Translations under genes and position numbers: made by a program
Notes under the pieces: generated by a model
What the model saw: the letters and a program-made list of their open reading frames with translations, nothing else
The model's database searches: none
Told to the model about the DNA's origin: nothing
Assembly (NCBI GenBank): GCA_020723305.1
Contig: DYJC01000004.1
Location: 136,261 to 200,260 of the forward strand
Direction: 5' to 3'
DNA from: Desulfosudis oleivorans
Lineage (GTDB): Bacteria; Desulfobacterota; Desulfobacteria; Desulfobacterales; SURF-7
DNA length: 64,000 nucleotides
Shown here: piece by piece, positions 10,076-19,512 of the stretch
Numbering within the stretch: the stretch's first letter is position 1
How the letters are laid out: every line of letters starts with the position of its first letter

Positions 10076-11167
10076 ATGACCGATTCAACGATCAAACAAT
10101 TGAGTTTTCTGGACCGCTTTCTGACACTTTGGATTTTTCTCGCCATGTTTGCCGGCGTTGGCGGAGGGTACTTGTTTCCGGAAATCAAAAATTTCATCAA
10201 CCATTTTTCCGTGGGAACTACCAACATTCCCATTGCCGTTGGTCTGATCCTGATGATGTACCCGCCACTTGCCAAGGTGAAATATGAAAAACTCGGTTTC
10301 GTGTTCCGAGATGTCAAGGTGCTGGCTCTTTCCCTGTTACAGAACTGGATCATCGGCCCGATCCTGATGTTTCTGCTGGCGATTGCTTTTCTGTCCGGTC
10401 ACCAGGAGTACATGGTGGGATTGATTCTCATCGGCCTGGCACGCTGTATCGCCATGGTGATTGTCTGGAATGATCTGGCCAAGGGCGACAGGGAGTATTG
10501 TGCAGGGCTGGTGGCTTTTAATTCCATCTTCCAGGTACTGTTTTTTTCGGTTTATGCCTGGATATTCATTACTGTTCTGCCCCGATGGATAGGCCTTACA
10601 GGTATGGTGGTGGATATCTCTATCGGTCAGATTGCCGAAAGCGTTTTTATTTATCTTGGCATTCCTTTTATCGCCGGCGTGCTTTCACGGATAATCGGTC
10701 TGAAAACCATAGGAATTGAACGCTATGAAAACCAATTTATCCCAAAGATCAGCCCCATTACCCTGATCGCCCTGCTTTTCACCATTCTGATCATGTTCTC
10801 GCTGAAAGGGGAGTATATTGTTCAACTGCCGCTTGATGTCGTACGAGTGGCTATCCCGTTGTGTATCTATTTCGTGATCATGTTCTTTGTTTCCTTCCGG
10901 CTTTCCATAAAAGCAAAGGCGACCTATGAACAATCCACTACCTTGTCCTTTACGGCTGCATCCAACAATTTTGAATTGGCCATTGCCGTGGCTGTGGCTG
11001 TCTTTGGACTGGATTCAGGCCAGGCTTTTGCTGCTGTCATCGGTCCCCTGGTAGAGGTTCCGGTACTGATTTCTCTGGTAAACGCTGCATTGTGGTTCAA
11101 ACGCAAATACTTTCCCTTTGCTGTGGAAACACCCACCGGTGTCTGCCATGTTACCTGCAAATCTTGA
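10076..11167 (+). CDS. acr3: ACR3-family arsenite efflux transporter
   Basis: 363 aa with a GGAG RBS. Typical ACR3 N-terminus ([24 protein letters not shown]) and a polytopic membrane profile. Confidence 0.92.
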   Translation: MTDSTIKQLSFLDRFLTLWIFLAMFAGVGGGYLFPEIKNFINHFSVGTTNIPIAVGLILMMYPPLAKVKYEKLGFVFRDVKVLALSLLQNWIIGPILMFLLAIAFLSGHQEYMVGLILIGLARCIAMVIVWNDLAKGDREYCAGLVAFNSIFQVLFFSVYAWIFITVLPRWIGLTGMVVDISIGQIAESVFIYLGIPFIAGVLSRIIGLKTIGIERYENQFIPKISPITLIALLFTILIMFSLKGEYIVQLPLDVVRVAIPLCIYFVIMFFVSFRLSIKAKATYEQSTTLSFTAASNNFELAIAVAVAVFGLDSGQAFAAVIGPLVEVPVLISLVNAALWFKRKYFPFAVETPTGVCHVTCKS

Positions 11168-11202
11168 ATAAAGATACATTTTATCCCAGAGGAGGAAATC
11201 GG

Positions 11203-11444
11203 ATGACAAAAATAAGGCGATCATCACGATCCAGCAGAAGATCGCAACAGGGGTTCTTTTCATCGTGCTTTTTGGTATCGGTTGCTGCATCCCCATTGCC
11301 ATTGCCGGTTCCAGCATAGCCCTGGTGCGCCGCATCCTGGAAAACATCCGTTTTCAGCAAGGAGGGCTATGGTTCCGGAAAATAGCCGGTGTTGCCATCG
11401 CCGGATTAGGGGGTTATTTCATTATTCAACCGCTTGTAGGATAA
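11203..11444 (+). pseudogene. Small 2-TM membrane protein resembling the C-terminal end of CcdA/DsbD-type proteins; frame broken in an A-run
   Basis: AGGAGG (11190-11195) plus ATG 11203 opens a frame that ends after 38 codons. The -1 frame from 11205 encodes ...NKAIITIQQKIATGVLFIVLFGIGCCIPIAIAGSS...GVAIAGLGGYFIIQPLVG*. A -1 slip on the A-run AAAAA (11208-11212) would join the two frames. Confidence 0.35.
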
Positions 11445-11456
11445 TAAAAAATTAAT

Positions 11457-11485
11457 TTGACTTCTTTTTAGACAATTGGTAAAAT
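11457..11485 (+). promoter_or_regulatory. Sigma70-type promoter candidate upstream of the second MCP
   Basis: TTGACT (11457-11462), a 17-nt spacer, then TAAAAT (11480-11485). This implies a ~220-nt AT-rich leader. Confidence 0.35.
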
Positions 11486-11709
11486 TTATCAACTTATAAG
11501 ATAGTTTGATTCAAGCCTTATCTTCTCTACTTCATCTTTTCTGTGAACGGATCGATTTATACAATTTTAACAAACTACTTGTAAATACAGCGATTCCTTA
11601 TCTTCATAGCAATCATTAATTTATTTGCCATTTGAAATCAAAACAATAACTATATGCTTTTCATAATTCGAAACACATACCATCCACATGATTATATAAG
11701 GAGAAAATT

Positions 11710-13677
11710 ATGAAAATCGGACCAAAAATGATTCTATTTTCAACCCTGCCAACCCTTGCTGCATTAATCCTTTTACTGTTCATTCAAATATTGATTGTAA
11801 ATCAGCAAACGAAAACACAGATTGCCAGTGTCCGTAAACAGCAGGAAGAGGCTGTCGTGGAGAAACTGAAAGGAGAAATTGATATTGCAGTTACCATTGT
11901 AAACAATCTTCGGAAAAGCGAGAAAAGCAAAGAGGAATGCAAAGATATCATTAAAAATTTATGGTTTGGTGAAACAAAAAAAGATTACATTTGGATACAC
12001 TCATATAATACGCAGAATATAGATAAACCTGAAATGATTATGCATCCTGCTCTTCCCAACCTTGATGGAAAGGATATCTCAGATTTCAAGGATCTGGAAC
12101 GATTTGAAAATTTTTTTTACCGGGGTAAAAAATATCCGAAAGGCGCATCAGAGCTATCCGGTATAACGGTTACCAATCTGTTTAGTGATATGAATAGAGT
12201 CTGCAATAAATCCGGAGAAGGTGTTGTCCGGTACTATTGGAACAAACCAGGTGAAGATAAAGATACTGCTTTCAGCAAATTTTCATATGTCAAGCTCATT
12301 CCGGAATGGGGTTGGGTTCTCGGCACCGGTGCCTATGCTGACCATATTGATGTTCTCGTGGCTGATATGGAAAAAGAGATTTTATCCAATAAAAAACGGT
12401 TAATTAATTCAACACTTGCATTAGCTGCAATCCTCATTACTGTTTTGGTTGTGATTATCTCCTTATTTGCACGGAAAATTACAGGCGCCATTAAAAACCT
12501 TACAGATGCTGCAAAATGTATGGCAAAAGGAGATACGCAGAAGATGGTGGAGGTCACTTCCAGCGATGAACTGGGGCAGATGGCTGATGCATTCAAAAAT
12601 TTGACTGAGGTTCAAAGAGAAAGAGCCACTCTTGCAAGTGCTATTGCAAAAGGGGATCTTACCATGGAGGTAGAATTAGCCTCAGATGTCGATACCCTTG
12701 GGAATGCACTTCGAACAATGAATCTTAGTTTAAATGAAATCGTTAACGAATTGAATCTTGCTGCGCAGCAGGTCGATACAGGGGCTCGTCAAGTTTCAGA
12801 TTCCAGTCAGTCACTTTCGCAGGGGGCTACAGAGCAGGCTGCTTCACTGGAAGAGATTACAAGCTCGATGACCGAGATCGGCGCCCAGACCAATACAAGT
12901 GCTGAAAATGCATCTCAAGCAAATCAACTTGCCAAAGCAATGCGTGAAACAGGGCAAAATGGTACTCAGCAGATGAAGGAGATGGTTATTGCCATGAAAA
13001 CCATCAGTGATGCAAGTAAAGAAATCAATAAAATTATAAAGACGATTGATGATATTGCTTTTCAGACAAATCTTCTTGCCTTAAATGCAGCTGTAGAAGC
13101 AGCCCGTGCGGGTAAACATGGTAAAGGTTTTGCTGTAGTGGCCCAGGAAGTCCGGACATTGGCAGCACGAAGTGCCAAAGCCGCACAGGAGACAGCGGAG
13201 TTGATCGAAAGCACGATTAAAAAAGTTGATGATGGGAATAATATTGCGGAGAAGACAGCAAATGCCCTGAATGAAATCAATAACGGTATAGGTAAAGTTG
13301 CTGATCTGGTCGGTGAGATTGCTGTTGCAAGTAATGAACAGGCCCAGGGGATTTCACAAGCTAACCAAGGGCTTTCTCAGATCGACAGTGTAACACAGCA
13401 AAATACGGCTAATGCCGAAGAAACCTCTGCTTCTTCTGAGGAGCTTTCATCACAGGCGACAATAGTTCGTGAGCTTTTAAAGCGTTTCAAGTTAAAGGAA
13501 AGAGCTACAACTTTTCAGCCGTCCGTCTCACAAAAAAGTAAGAAGCAAGATCCTATTTTCCAAAAAACAGACACCCCTCATTCATGGGGAAATCCGGCAA
13601 CGACTCATCAAAAACAAAAGCTTTCTTCCCCAGAGCAAATAATCGCTTTGGATGATAATGATTTCGGAAAATATTAA
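11710..13677 (+). CDS. Methyl-accepting chemotaxis protein with a fused periplasmic sCache_2 domain
   Basis: 655 aa with an AAGGAG RBS. Cache_2 motifs (DYIWIHSYN...[20 protein letters not shown]...[13 protein letters not shown]), a HAMP region and the MCP tip ([36 protein letters not shown]). Confidence 0.9.
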   Translation: MKIGPKMILFSTLPTLAALILLLFIQILIVNQQTKTQIASVRKQQEEAVVEKLKGEIDIAVTIVNNLRKSEKSKEECKDIIKNLWFGETKKDYIWIHSYNTQNIDKPEMIMHPALPNLDGKDISDFKDLERFENFFYRGKKYPKGASELSGITVTNLFSDMNRVCNKSGEGVVRYYWNKPGEDKDTAFSKFSYVKLIPEWGWVLGTGAYADHIDVLVADMEKEILSNKKRLINSTLALAAILITVLVVIISLFARKITGAIKNLTDAAKCMAKGDTQKMVEVTSSDELGQMADAFKNLTEVQRERATLASAIAKGDLTMEVELASDVDTLGNALRTMNLSLNEIVNELNLAAQQVDTGARQVSDSSQSLSQGATEQAASLEEITSSMTEIGAQTNTSAENASQANQLAKAMRETGQNGTQQMKEMVIAMKTISDASKEINKIIKTIDDIAFQTNLLALNAAVEAARAGKHGKGFAVVAQEVRTLAARSAKAAQETAELIESTIKKVDDGNNIAEKTANALNEINNGIGKVADLVGEIAVASNEQAQGISQANQGLSQIDSVTQQNTANAEETSASSEELSSQATIVRELLKRFKLKERATTFQPSVSQKSKKQDPIFQKTDTPHSWGNPATTHQKQKLSSPEQIIALDDNDFGKY

Positions 13678-13712
13678 CTTCTTGCGATGTAATTATTGCT
13701 CACCAAACATAT

Positions 13713-13855
13713 GAGCCAATTTCAAAAGTCTGTTGTTGTGGTTCCGGCGAAAACTAGACACGCAATGAAGCGTAGCGCTATCCAGTATTTTCGGCTCTTT
13801 TCTGGGCACCGACTTTCGCCGGTGTGACGCTTTTTAATCGTTTTGAAATTAGCTC
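13713..13855 (+). mobile_element. MITE-like repeat, copy A (long 143-bp form)
   Basis: Terminal inverted repeats GAGCCAATTTCAAAAG ... CGTTTTGAAATTAGCTC. Internal inverted pair CCGGCGAAA/TTTCGCCGG. Near-identical copies lie at 47560, 51322 and 53615. Confidence 0.8.
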
Positions 13856-14010
13856 TCTTTTAAAAAATATTGCGTAAAATCAATCCCCGATGACACCCTG
13901 ATTTCAGCTCAACCTTCTTCCGTTTTATAAACTCTCTGCAATGGTATCCGAATAAAATAATTTTAAAGGCTCAACTATTTGGATTGAAGATAAGCATTTA
14001 TTATGTTACC

Positions 14011-14022
14011 CATGTATACATG
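14011..14022. promoter_or_regulatory. Perfect 12-bp palindrome CATGTATACATG, a candidate operator of the TA operon
   Basis: A perfect palindrome about 28 nt upstream of the antitoxin ATG, nested inside the AAGCAT...ATGCTT arms (13992-14025). Confidence 0.35.
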
Positions 14023-14049
14023 CTTATAGACACCATTATGGAGTGTATT

Positions 14050-14298
14050 ATGAATACAGAAAAAGTGCGTTTAAATATTACATTGCCCAAAGACCTTGTA
14101 GCCTTATTAAATAAAATGGCCGGACCAAGACAGCGGAACCGATTTATTGCAGATTCTCTTAAAGAGCGGATAGCAGGAATGGAAAAAGTCGAACTGCAAA
14201 AAAAAATGAAGGAAGGCTACAAGGCAACTGCAAAAGAAGGACTTGAAGTTACAAAAGAATTTAAAGCCGCTGATCTGGAGGGCTGGGATGAATATTAA
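14050..14298 (+). CDS. CopG/RHH-type antitoxin (MazE-like partner)
   Basis: 82 aa counted from ATG 14050, with a GGAG RBS. RHH N-terminus (KVRLNITLPKDLVALLNKMAGPRQRNRFIADSLKERI). Overlaps the toxin gene start. Confidence 0.75.
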   Translation: MNTEKVRLNITLPKDLVALLNKMAGPRQRNRFIADSLKERIAGMEKVELQKKMKEGYKATAKEGLEVTKEFKAADLEGWDEY

Positions 14299-14632
14299 AA
14301 GGGGCTGTGTTTATCTTGCCGCACTTGATCCCACGGTTGAAAAGGAAATTTCCAAAACCAGACCCGTGGTTGTTGTATCCAATGATATTAATAACACCCA
14401 TGCCGGCACCGTCAGCGTTCTTCCGGTTACATCAAAAAATACGGAAAAAATTTATCCTTTTGAAATATTCCTTTCAAAAGGCTCCGCCAACCTTCCAAAA
14501 AATTCAAAAGTCAAAGCAGACCAGATCAGAACCATTGATAAAAGCCGGATTGTACAATTCATCGGCGTGTTGAATGAAAAAGAAATGTTACAAATCGAAA
14601 GAGCCATTACGATCCATTTCGGACTGCTTTAA
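14288..14632 (+). CDS. PemK/MazF-family endoribonuclease toxin
   Basis: 114 aa counted from ATG 14288. Family pattern: RGCVYLAALDPTVEKEISKTRPVVVVSND...VLPVTS...KVKADQIRTIDKSR. Confidence 0.85.
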   Translation: MNIKRGCVYLAALDPTVEKEISKTRPVVVVSNDINNTHAGTVSVLPVTSKNTEKIYPFEIFLSKGSANLPKNSKVKADQIRTIDKSRIVQFIGVLNEKEMLQIERAITIHFGLL

Positions 14633-14647
14633 CAGGATACTAAAAAT

Positions 14648-15886
14648 TCACGACGCCCTTCTTCGCTTGAACACCTTCGCACCCCGATGGGAAAACAGCT
14701 TGAAAATCGTATGATAGACATTTTCATCCGGATCAGGGTTCTGGCCATTTCCGATGTATCTCATCTGATTTTCATACCAGGTGATTTCAAGCATGGCCAA
14801 TTTATCAATAAATCCGATTCCGCTTGTACGTGGTTTTACCTGACTGAGATACGGTTCTCCGGATAAAATTTTAGCCGGCATATCCGGGTCAATGACCAAC
14901 GGTCTTGCAATGCCTGTCATGGCAACACCGGAATGCTGGATCGCATCCGCCATTATTTTGCTGCTTCGAAATCCGCCGGTCAGAATCACCGGCGTATGGA
15001 TCGACTGTACGGCTTTTTCAGCAAAATCGATAAAAAAAGGCTTCTGTTCTTCCGGTTTTTTCCCACCACCCATCATGACCGGCGATTCATAGGTTCCGCC
15101 GGATATCTCAATCAGATCCATTCCCTCACTGGAAAGCGCTTGTATGACCGTCAATGCATCCTCTTCAGAAAAACCCTGCTTATGAAAATCGGAAGAATTG
15201 ATCTTGATTCCGATTGGAAACTCCGGACCAACCTGCTTCCGCATTTCCCGATAGATCTCCATGACAAACCGCATCCTTCCTTCGATCTCTCCTCCCCATT
15301 TATCGGTTCTCTGATTATAGATGGGCGACAGAAACTGACTGACCAGATACCCATGCGCTCCATGAATCTGGACGCCGGTAAATCCGGCTTTTTTCACAAT
15401 GAAAGCGGATTTACCGAACTTCCGGATCAACTCTCTGATCTCTTGATCCATCAGCTCACGGGGCGTGTTAAAGGCATATTTCAAGGTGGATTTATAAGGG
15501 ATGGCTGAGGGTGCCACAGGTTTTGCGGATAAAAAAGAGGGTGACTGCCGTCCGGGGTGATTCAACTGCACCCAGATATGGGTATCCTTCTTCTTCCCGC
15601 TGTCCGCCCAATTTTTCAGCAACTCTATGTCACTGTTTTCATCGATCACGACATTGCGCGGTTCTCCCAGCGCTTGTTTATCGATCATTGCATTGCCGGT
15701 TATCAGCAGACCGACGCCTCCGGATGCCCATCTTCCATATAGATTGACAAGGGCGGATGTGGGCTGATGGTTTTTATCTCCCATGATTTCACTCATGGCT
15801 GATTTTCCAATCCGGTTTTTGATGGTCGCTCCACAGGGAAGTTCCAGTTTTTTCGCAAGAACGGATTTATCATGCTGTAATTTCAT
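14648..15886 (-). CDS. Old-Yellow-Enzyme family NADH:flavin oxidoreductase
   Basis: 412 aa. OYE signature: GVQIHGAHGYLVSQFLSPIYNQRTDKWGG. Confidence 0.85.
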   Translation of the reverse strand: MKLQHDKSVLAKKLELPCGATIKNRIGKSAMSEIMGDKNHQPTSALVNLYGRWASGGVGLLITGNAMIDKQALGEPRNVVIDENSDIELLKNWADSGKKKDTHIWVQLNHPGRQSPSFLSAKPVAPSAIPYKSTLKYAFNTPRELMDQEIRELIRKFGKSAFIVKKAGFTGVQIHGAHGYLVSQFLSPIYNQRTDKWGGEIEGRMRFVMEIYREMRKQVGPEFPIGIKINSSDFHKQGFSEEDALTVIQALSSEGMDLIEISGGTYESPVMMGGGKKPEEQKPFFIDFAEKAVQSIHTPVILTGGFRSSKIMADAIQHSGVAMTGIARPLVIDPDMPAKILSGEPYLSQVKPRTSGIGFIDKLAMLEITWYENQMRYIGNGQNPDPDENVYHTIFKLFSHRGAKVFKRRRAS

Positions 15887-16098
15887 TGTATTGTCTCCTC
15901 AATTTGCCGGAACAGGGTTATTGGTCATTTAAAATTTTTCTGCCAAAAAATCATAATGTTTTCTGGTATCCGGAAACTAAGCATGTAATGCAGGATTTCA
16001 AGTCGATTGTCCGAATCTTGTTCGGAAACAGATAGTCATTGCCCATTGATTGTTGATCACTCATCGCATAACGGTAGATATCCCTGCGCTTTGAAATC

Positions 16099-16113
16099 TG
16101 GCACCTCTCTTGC
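16099..16113 (+). promoter_or_regulatory. Sigma54 (-24/-12) promoter
   Basis: TGGCACctctcTTGC matches TGGCAC-N5-TTGC exactly. It lies ~50 nt upstream of ATG 16167. A TCCGAA-n5-TTCGGA palindrome at 16010-16026 is a possible enhancer site. Confidence 0.55.
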
Positions 16114-16166
16114 TCTGTTATCATGCAGGTGCATCCACATCAATGATACTGCAAAGGACGAATCTG

Positions 16167-16586
16167 ATGAAAATTCAACATTCTGGGTATCAAACCCCCT
16201 CCCCTGCCAAATTGCAGGAACCGCTGACAGGGGAACAAAAAAAAACGCTTCAGGAAATTCTTTCCAGCTATAAACCGGAAAACTTTTCCAGTCAGGATCA
16301 AATCGCCTTGGGCCGGAATCTGAAAGAGGCGGGAATCCCCAGAACCCTGGAGGTGGAAAAAATGATCCGGGAAAAAGGGTTTCCCCTCCGGACATACCTG
16401 TCAAACATCGGAATACCGGACTCGACTGGTTATCAAAACGATCAACTGGTCACCCCCCGGATCATCTCCCTGTTCAAACTGCACAATGCAGGGGAACTTA
16501 CTGACACAGAGTTCCATGATCAGCTGGAGCAGGTAAAACGACAGTATCCAAAATCTTCCGGAAACCTGATCAACCGGCCCATATGA
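16167..16586 (+). CDS. Hypothetical protein (139 aa)
   Basis: ORF starting at ATG 16167 (MKIQHSGYQ...) downstream of the sigma54 motif. I recognise no family. Confidence 0.45.
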   Translation: MKIQHSGYQTPSPAKLQEPLTGEQKKTLQEILSSYKPENFSSQDQIALGRNLKEAGIPRTLEVEKMIREKGFPLRTYLSNIGIPDSTGYQNDQLVTPRIISLFKLHNAGELTDTEFHDQLEQVKRQYPKSSGNLINRPI

Positions 16587-16607
16587 TGAAATACCCCGGA
16601 TTTCTTA

Positions 16608-17768
16608 TTAAAGCGCTTTGATATTCATCCAGCTCAACACGGTTCCCTTTTTTCTTTCATAATCACTGAGACCGCCATAAACCAGATAACTGTTCTTCGG
16701 ATCGATCCCGGACATGGCCTGAAAATAGGAAAGCCCTTTGAAAAAATCTTCATGGATTGTCTCACCGGACTTGATCTCAACAGCTTTTAATTGTTCACCG
16801 TTTTCAATCAGCATATCGATTTCGTTCCCGGTATTGTTTCTCCAGAAAAAGACATTGGAACGTAGCCCTTCATGATATCGCATTTTGACGTATTCGGAGA
16901 TAATGAACGATTCAAAAATATTCCCTCTCAGGTAATGAGTGCTTAATTGCTGCGGGGTCTCGATATCCAACAATGAGCATAAAATACCGGTATCAAAAAA
17001 AAAGAGCTTGGGTTGCTTAACAAGACGTTTGTTGAAATTTTTATGATGCGGCCGGTGAAGGAAAATAATAAAACTGGTTTCGAGAATGGAGAGCCATGAG
17101 TCCACTGTTTTATAATTGATGCCAATCTCATTACCCAGGCTGGACAGATTGAGCAGTTGTCCGGTTCTTCCTGCACACAATCGGACAAAACGCTGAAACA
17201 AGGACAAATCACCAATGTTTTTCATGCTTCTTACATCACGTTCAATATAGGTCTGAAGATAAGATGGATAATAGTCCGGTGCTTCCATCTCCCTGTCATA
17301 AATAGCCGGATAGAATCCAGTGTGCATAATACGGTCAAGACTGTCCGGCAGTCTGTCGGAATGCGCAAGTTCAGATAAGCCAAAGGGCATCAGATGAAGA
17401 ATGGCTGCTCTGCCTGCAAGGCTCTGGGTGATTTTTTCAAGAAGCAAAAAATTCTGAGAGCCGGTCAAAATGAACTTCCCCATTTCCCTGGATTCATCCA
17501 CAATCACCTGAATATAAGAGAACATGTCCGGCATTTTCTGAGCCTCATCAATCACCACACCTTTTGATGCATATGCTCTCAATAAACGTAGTGGATCTTC
17601 CGACAGGGTAGAGAAATCATTCAGGTTTTCCAGATTCATATAATGGTAATCCGGAAACAGTGCACGTACCAGTGTTGTTTTTCCGGATTGTCTTGGGCCG
17701 GTCAGAGAGATCACCGGAAACACCTTGACCATGGAAACAATTTTTTTTTCAAGCGCTCTTGGGATCAT
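16608..17768 (-). CDS. AAA ATPase with DUF4143-type C-terminal domain
   Basis: 386 aa. Walker A motif GPRQSGKTTL and Walker B VVIDEAQ. The architecture is typical of the AAA_14/DUF4143 family. Confidence 0.85.
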   Translation of the reverse strand: MIPRALEKKIVSMVKVFPVISLTGPRQSGKTTLVRALFPDYHYMNLENLNDFSTLSEDPLRLLRAYASKGVVIDEAQKMPDMFSYIQVIVDESREMGKFILTGSQNFLLLEKITQSLAGRAAILHLMPFGLSELAHSDRLPDSLDRIMHTGFYPAIYDREMEAPDYYPSYLQTYIERDVRSMKNIGDLSLFQRFVRLCAGRTGQLLNLSSLGNEIGINYKTVDSWLSILETSFIIFLHRPHHKNFNKRLVKQPKLFFFDTGILCSLLDIETPQQLSTHYLRGNIFESFIISEYVKMRYHEGLRSNVFFWRNNTGNEIDMLIENGEQLKAVEIKSGETIHEDFFKGLSYFQAMSGIDPKNSYLVYGGLSDYERKKGTVLSWMNIKAL

Positions 17769-17868
17769 CTTTTTTCCGGAAACAACAGGTTATGTTGTTG
17801 TGGTTTGTTTATCCTCCATATATCTTTACAATTTAGGAATGTCAATCCTAAATTGTAAGATAAGCAGG

Positions 17869-18825
17869 TCACACTTTCGGACGAAATCCGAAAAAATAAT
17901 CGTTTATATGCTCCTTTATGGGAGAGATCTGATCAATATCAATAGCATTTTCCGGACAGACCGCTGCACATATACCACAGCCGATGCAATCCTCTGTCAC
18001 ACGGACCTGCCGGTTCTGAATGCGTATGGCTTGTTTCGGGCATCTTGTTTCACAGACCCCACAGGCGGAACACTCCTTTATGACATGAGCCTTCCATCCG
18101 ATAGATCGGAATCGATCCTGAATATCCTTTCCCACCCTCCGATAATTTTTTAACGCTATGCAGCAGCAGGGACAGCAAAAACAGATCTCCAGAAACTGAT
18201 GCATTTTATCAGAATCGATCCCCCAGACAAACTCTTCGGCTTCGACCCAGATTGTCTGGCAGACCAAGCCGTATCCTGCTGCTTTCCGGACGTGTGCAAG
18301 CGCCTCATCAATGGAAACCGATCGGGCAATCCCCCTCTTCTCGGTCACTCTTGACCCTTCTCCAATAAAAATACACCCGAAATCCGCAGGGTAATCCTTA
18401 CACTTGATACCCCCATCCCGGCAGATGCATTTGTGCATGATGGCCCGATAGGAGGATTCCTGAATCGCTTTTTCAACCAGGGTGATCGGCAGCACGACAT
18501 TCTGATTGGCTCTCAGGCTTTTATCCAGATTGATCACATATCCCTGGGTATAGTTTTTTTCCGGATGGTCAAAACGCAAAATCTTTTTCATGATCGGGCC
18601 AACCACAGGATATTTTGAAACCCCTGCAAGCTTGTCCACGGTCTGAAAAATGGCGGTATAAATACCCCAATTCCTGTTGTTAATGGCGAACTTTTCTTTT
18701 ATAATAGCCTTCAGACTGTTTCTGGACACAAGATACCTCCGCGTTGTCTGGACGGGCTGAACATCACACGATTCGACAAATAGGAGCATGCTCCTGATTT
18801 TGTCAAGACATTTATCCGGAATCAA
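17869..18825 (-). CDS. Cys-rich 4Fe-4S dicluster domain protein
   Basis: 318 aa. Two ferredoxin motifs at the C-terminus (CSACGVCETRCP, CIGCGICAAVCP) plus a CFCCPCCC cluster. The start codon is uncertain: 18825 or 18789. Confidence 0.7.
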   Translation of the reverse strand: MIPDKCLDKIRSMLLFVESCDVQPVQTTRRYLVSRNSLKAIIKEKFAINNRNWGIYTAIFQTVDKLAGVSKYPVVGPIMKKILRFDHPEKNYTQGYVINLDKSLRANQNVVLPITLVEKAIQESSYRAIMHKCICRDGGIKCKDYPADFGCIFIGEGSRVTEKRGIARSVSIDEALAHVRKAAGYGLVCQTIWVEAEEFVWGIDSDKMHQFLEICFCCPCCCIALKNYRRVGKDIQDRFRSIGWKAHVIKECSACGVCETRCPKQAIRIQNRQVRVTEDCIGCGICAAVCPENAIDIDQISPIKEHINDYFFGFRPKV

Positions 18826-18839
18826 CAGACGAGCTGAAA

Positions 18840-19433
18840 ATGAGTTTTTTATCCGCCACCCTGATTCTGTTCTTTATCATGGACCCGCTGGGCAATATTC
18901 CCATCTTTCACTCCATACTTCAGAAAGTTCCGGATCAAAAAAGAACCGGAATCATAATACGGGAACTGATATTCGCCTATCTCATTCTTCTGTTTTTCCT
19001 CATGGCCGGAGAACCGATGCTGAACCTTCTCGGCCTGAAACAATCATCCCTCAGCATAACCGGCGGGATTGTGCTTTTCCTGATTGCCATCGGGATGGTA
19101 TATCCCCAGCATGGCATCAAAGGAGACAGTGAACATGAAGACCCGTTTATTGTCCCGCTTGCCATGCCGCTGATCGCAGGGCCATCGGCCATTGCAGCCC
19201 TGCTGCTCATGGCCAGCAGAGATCCGGACAGGATCGGGACCTGGATTGGCGCTCTTTCTCTGGCATGGGGAATCACTTTTCTGATTCTTCTTTTATCCGG
19301 GGTTATGATGAGGTTTGTGGGGAAAAAGGGGCTCCGGGCCATGGCAAGGCTTATGGGCATGCTTCTGATCATGATGTCCGTACAGATGTTTCTGGATGGT
19401 CTGGAGAGTTATATCCAGACGCTATCCCATTAA
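18840..19433 (+). CDS. MarC-family (UPF0056) integral membrane protein
   Basis: 197 aa. N-terminal motif IMDPLGNIPIF and a six-TM-like profile. Confidence 0.85.
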   Translation: MSFLSATLILFFIMDPLGNIPIFHSILQKVPDQKRTGIIIRELIFAYLILLFFLMAGEPMLNLLGLKQSSLSITGGIVLFLIAIGMVYPQHGIKGDSEHEDPFIVPLAMPLIAGPSAIAALLLMASRDPDRIGTWIGALSLAWGITFLILLLSGVMMRFVGKKGLRAMARLMGMLLIMMSVQMFLDGLESYIQTLSH

Positions 19434-19442
19434 TCTGCCACA

Positions 19443-19484
19443 AAAACTCCAGCAGAACAGGGGCTTTCGTTCTGCTGGAGTTTT
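19443..19484. terminator. Bidirectional rho-independent terminator
   Basis: A perfect 16-bp stem AAAACTCCAGCAGAAC / GTTCTGCTGGAGTTTT with a 10-nt loop. A/T runs lie on both sides, and it sits between convergent genes. Confidence 0.7.
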
Positions 19485-19512
19485 GATTGATCCCATCTGA
19501 ACAGAAGTCAAA

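Noticed and set aside
16608-17768. The two DUF4143 AAA ATPases (also 47842..48990) as parts of a defence or mobile system
   Set aside because: They are divergent stand-alone paralogues with no conserved partner genes beside them in this window. Nothing in the sequence beyond family membership supports a system-level call.
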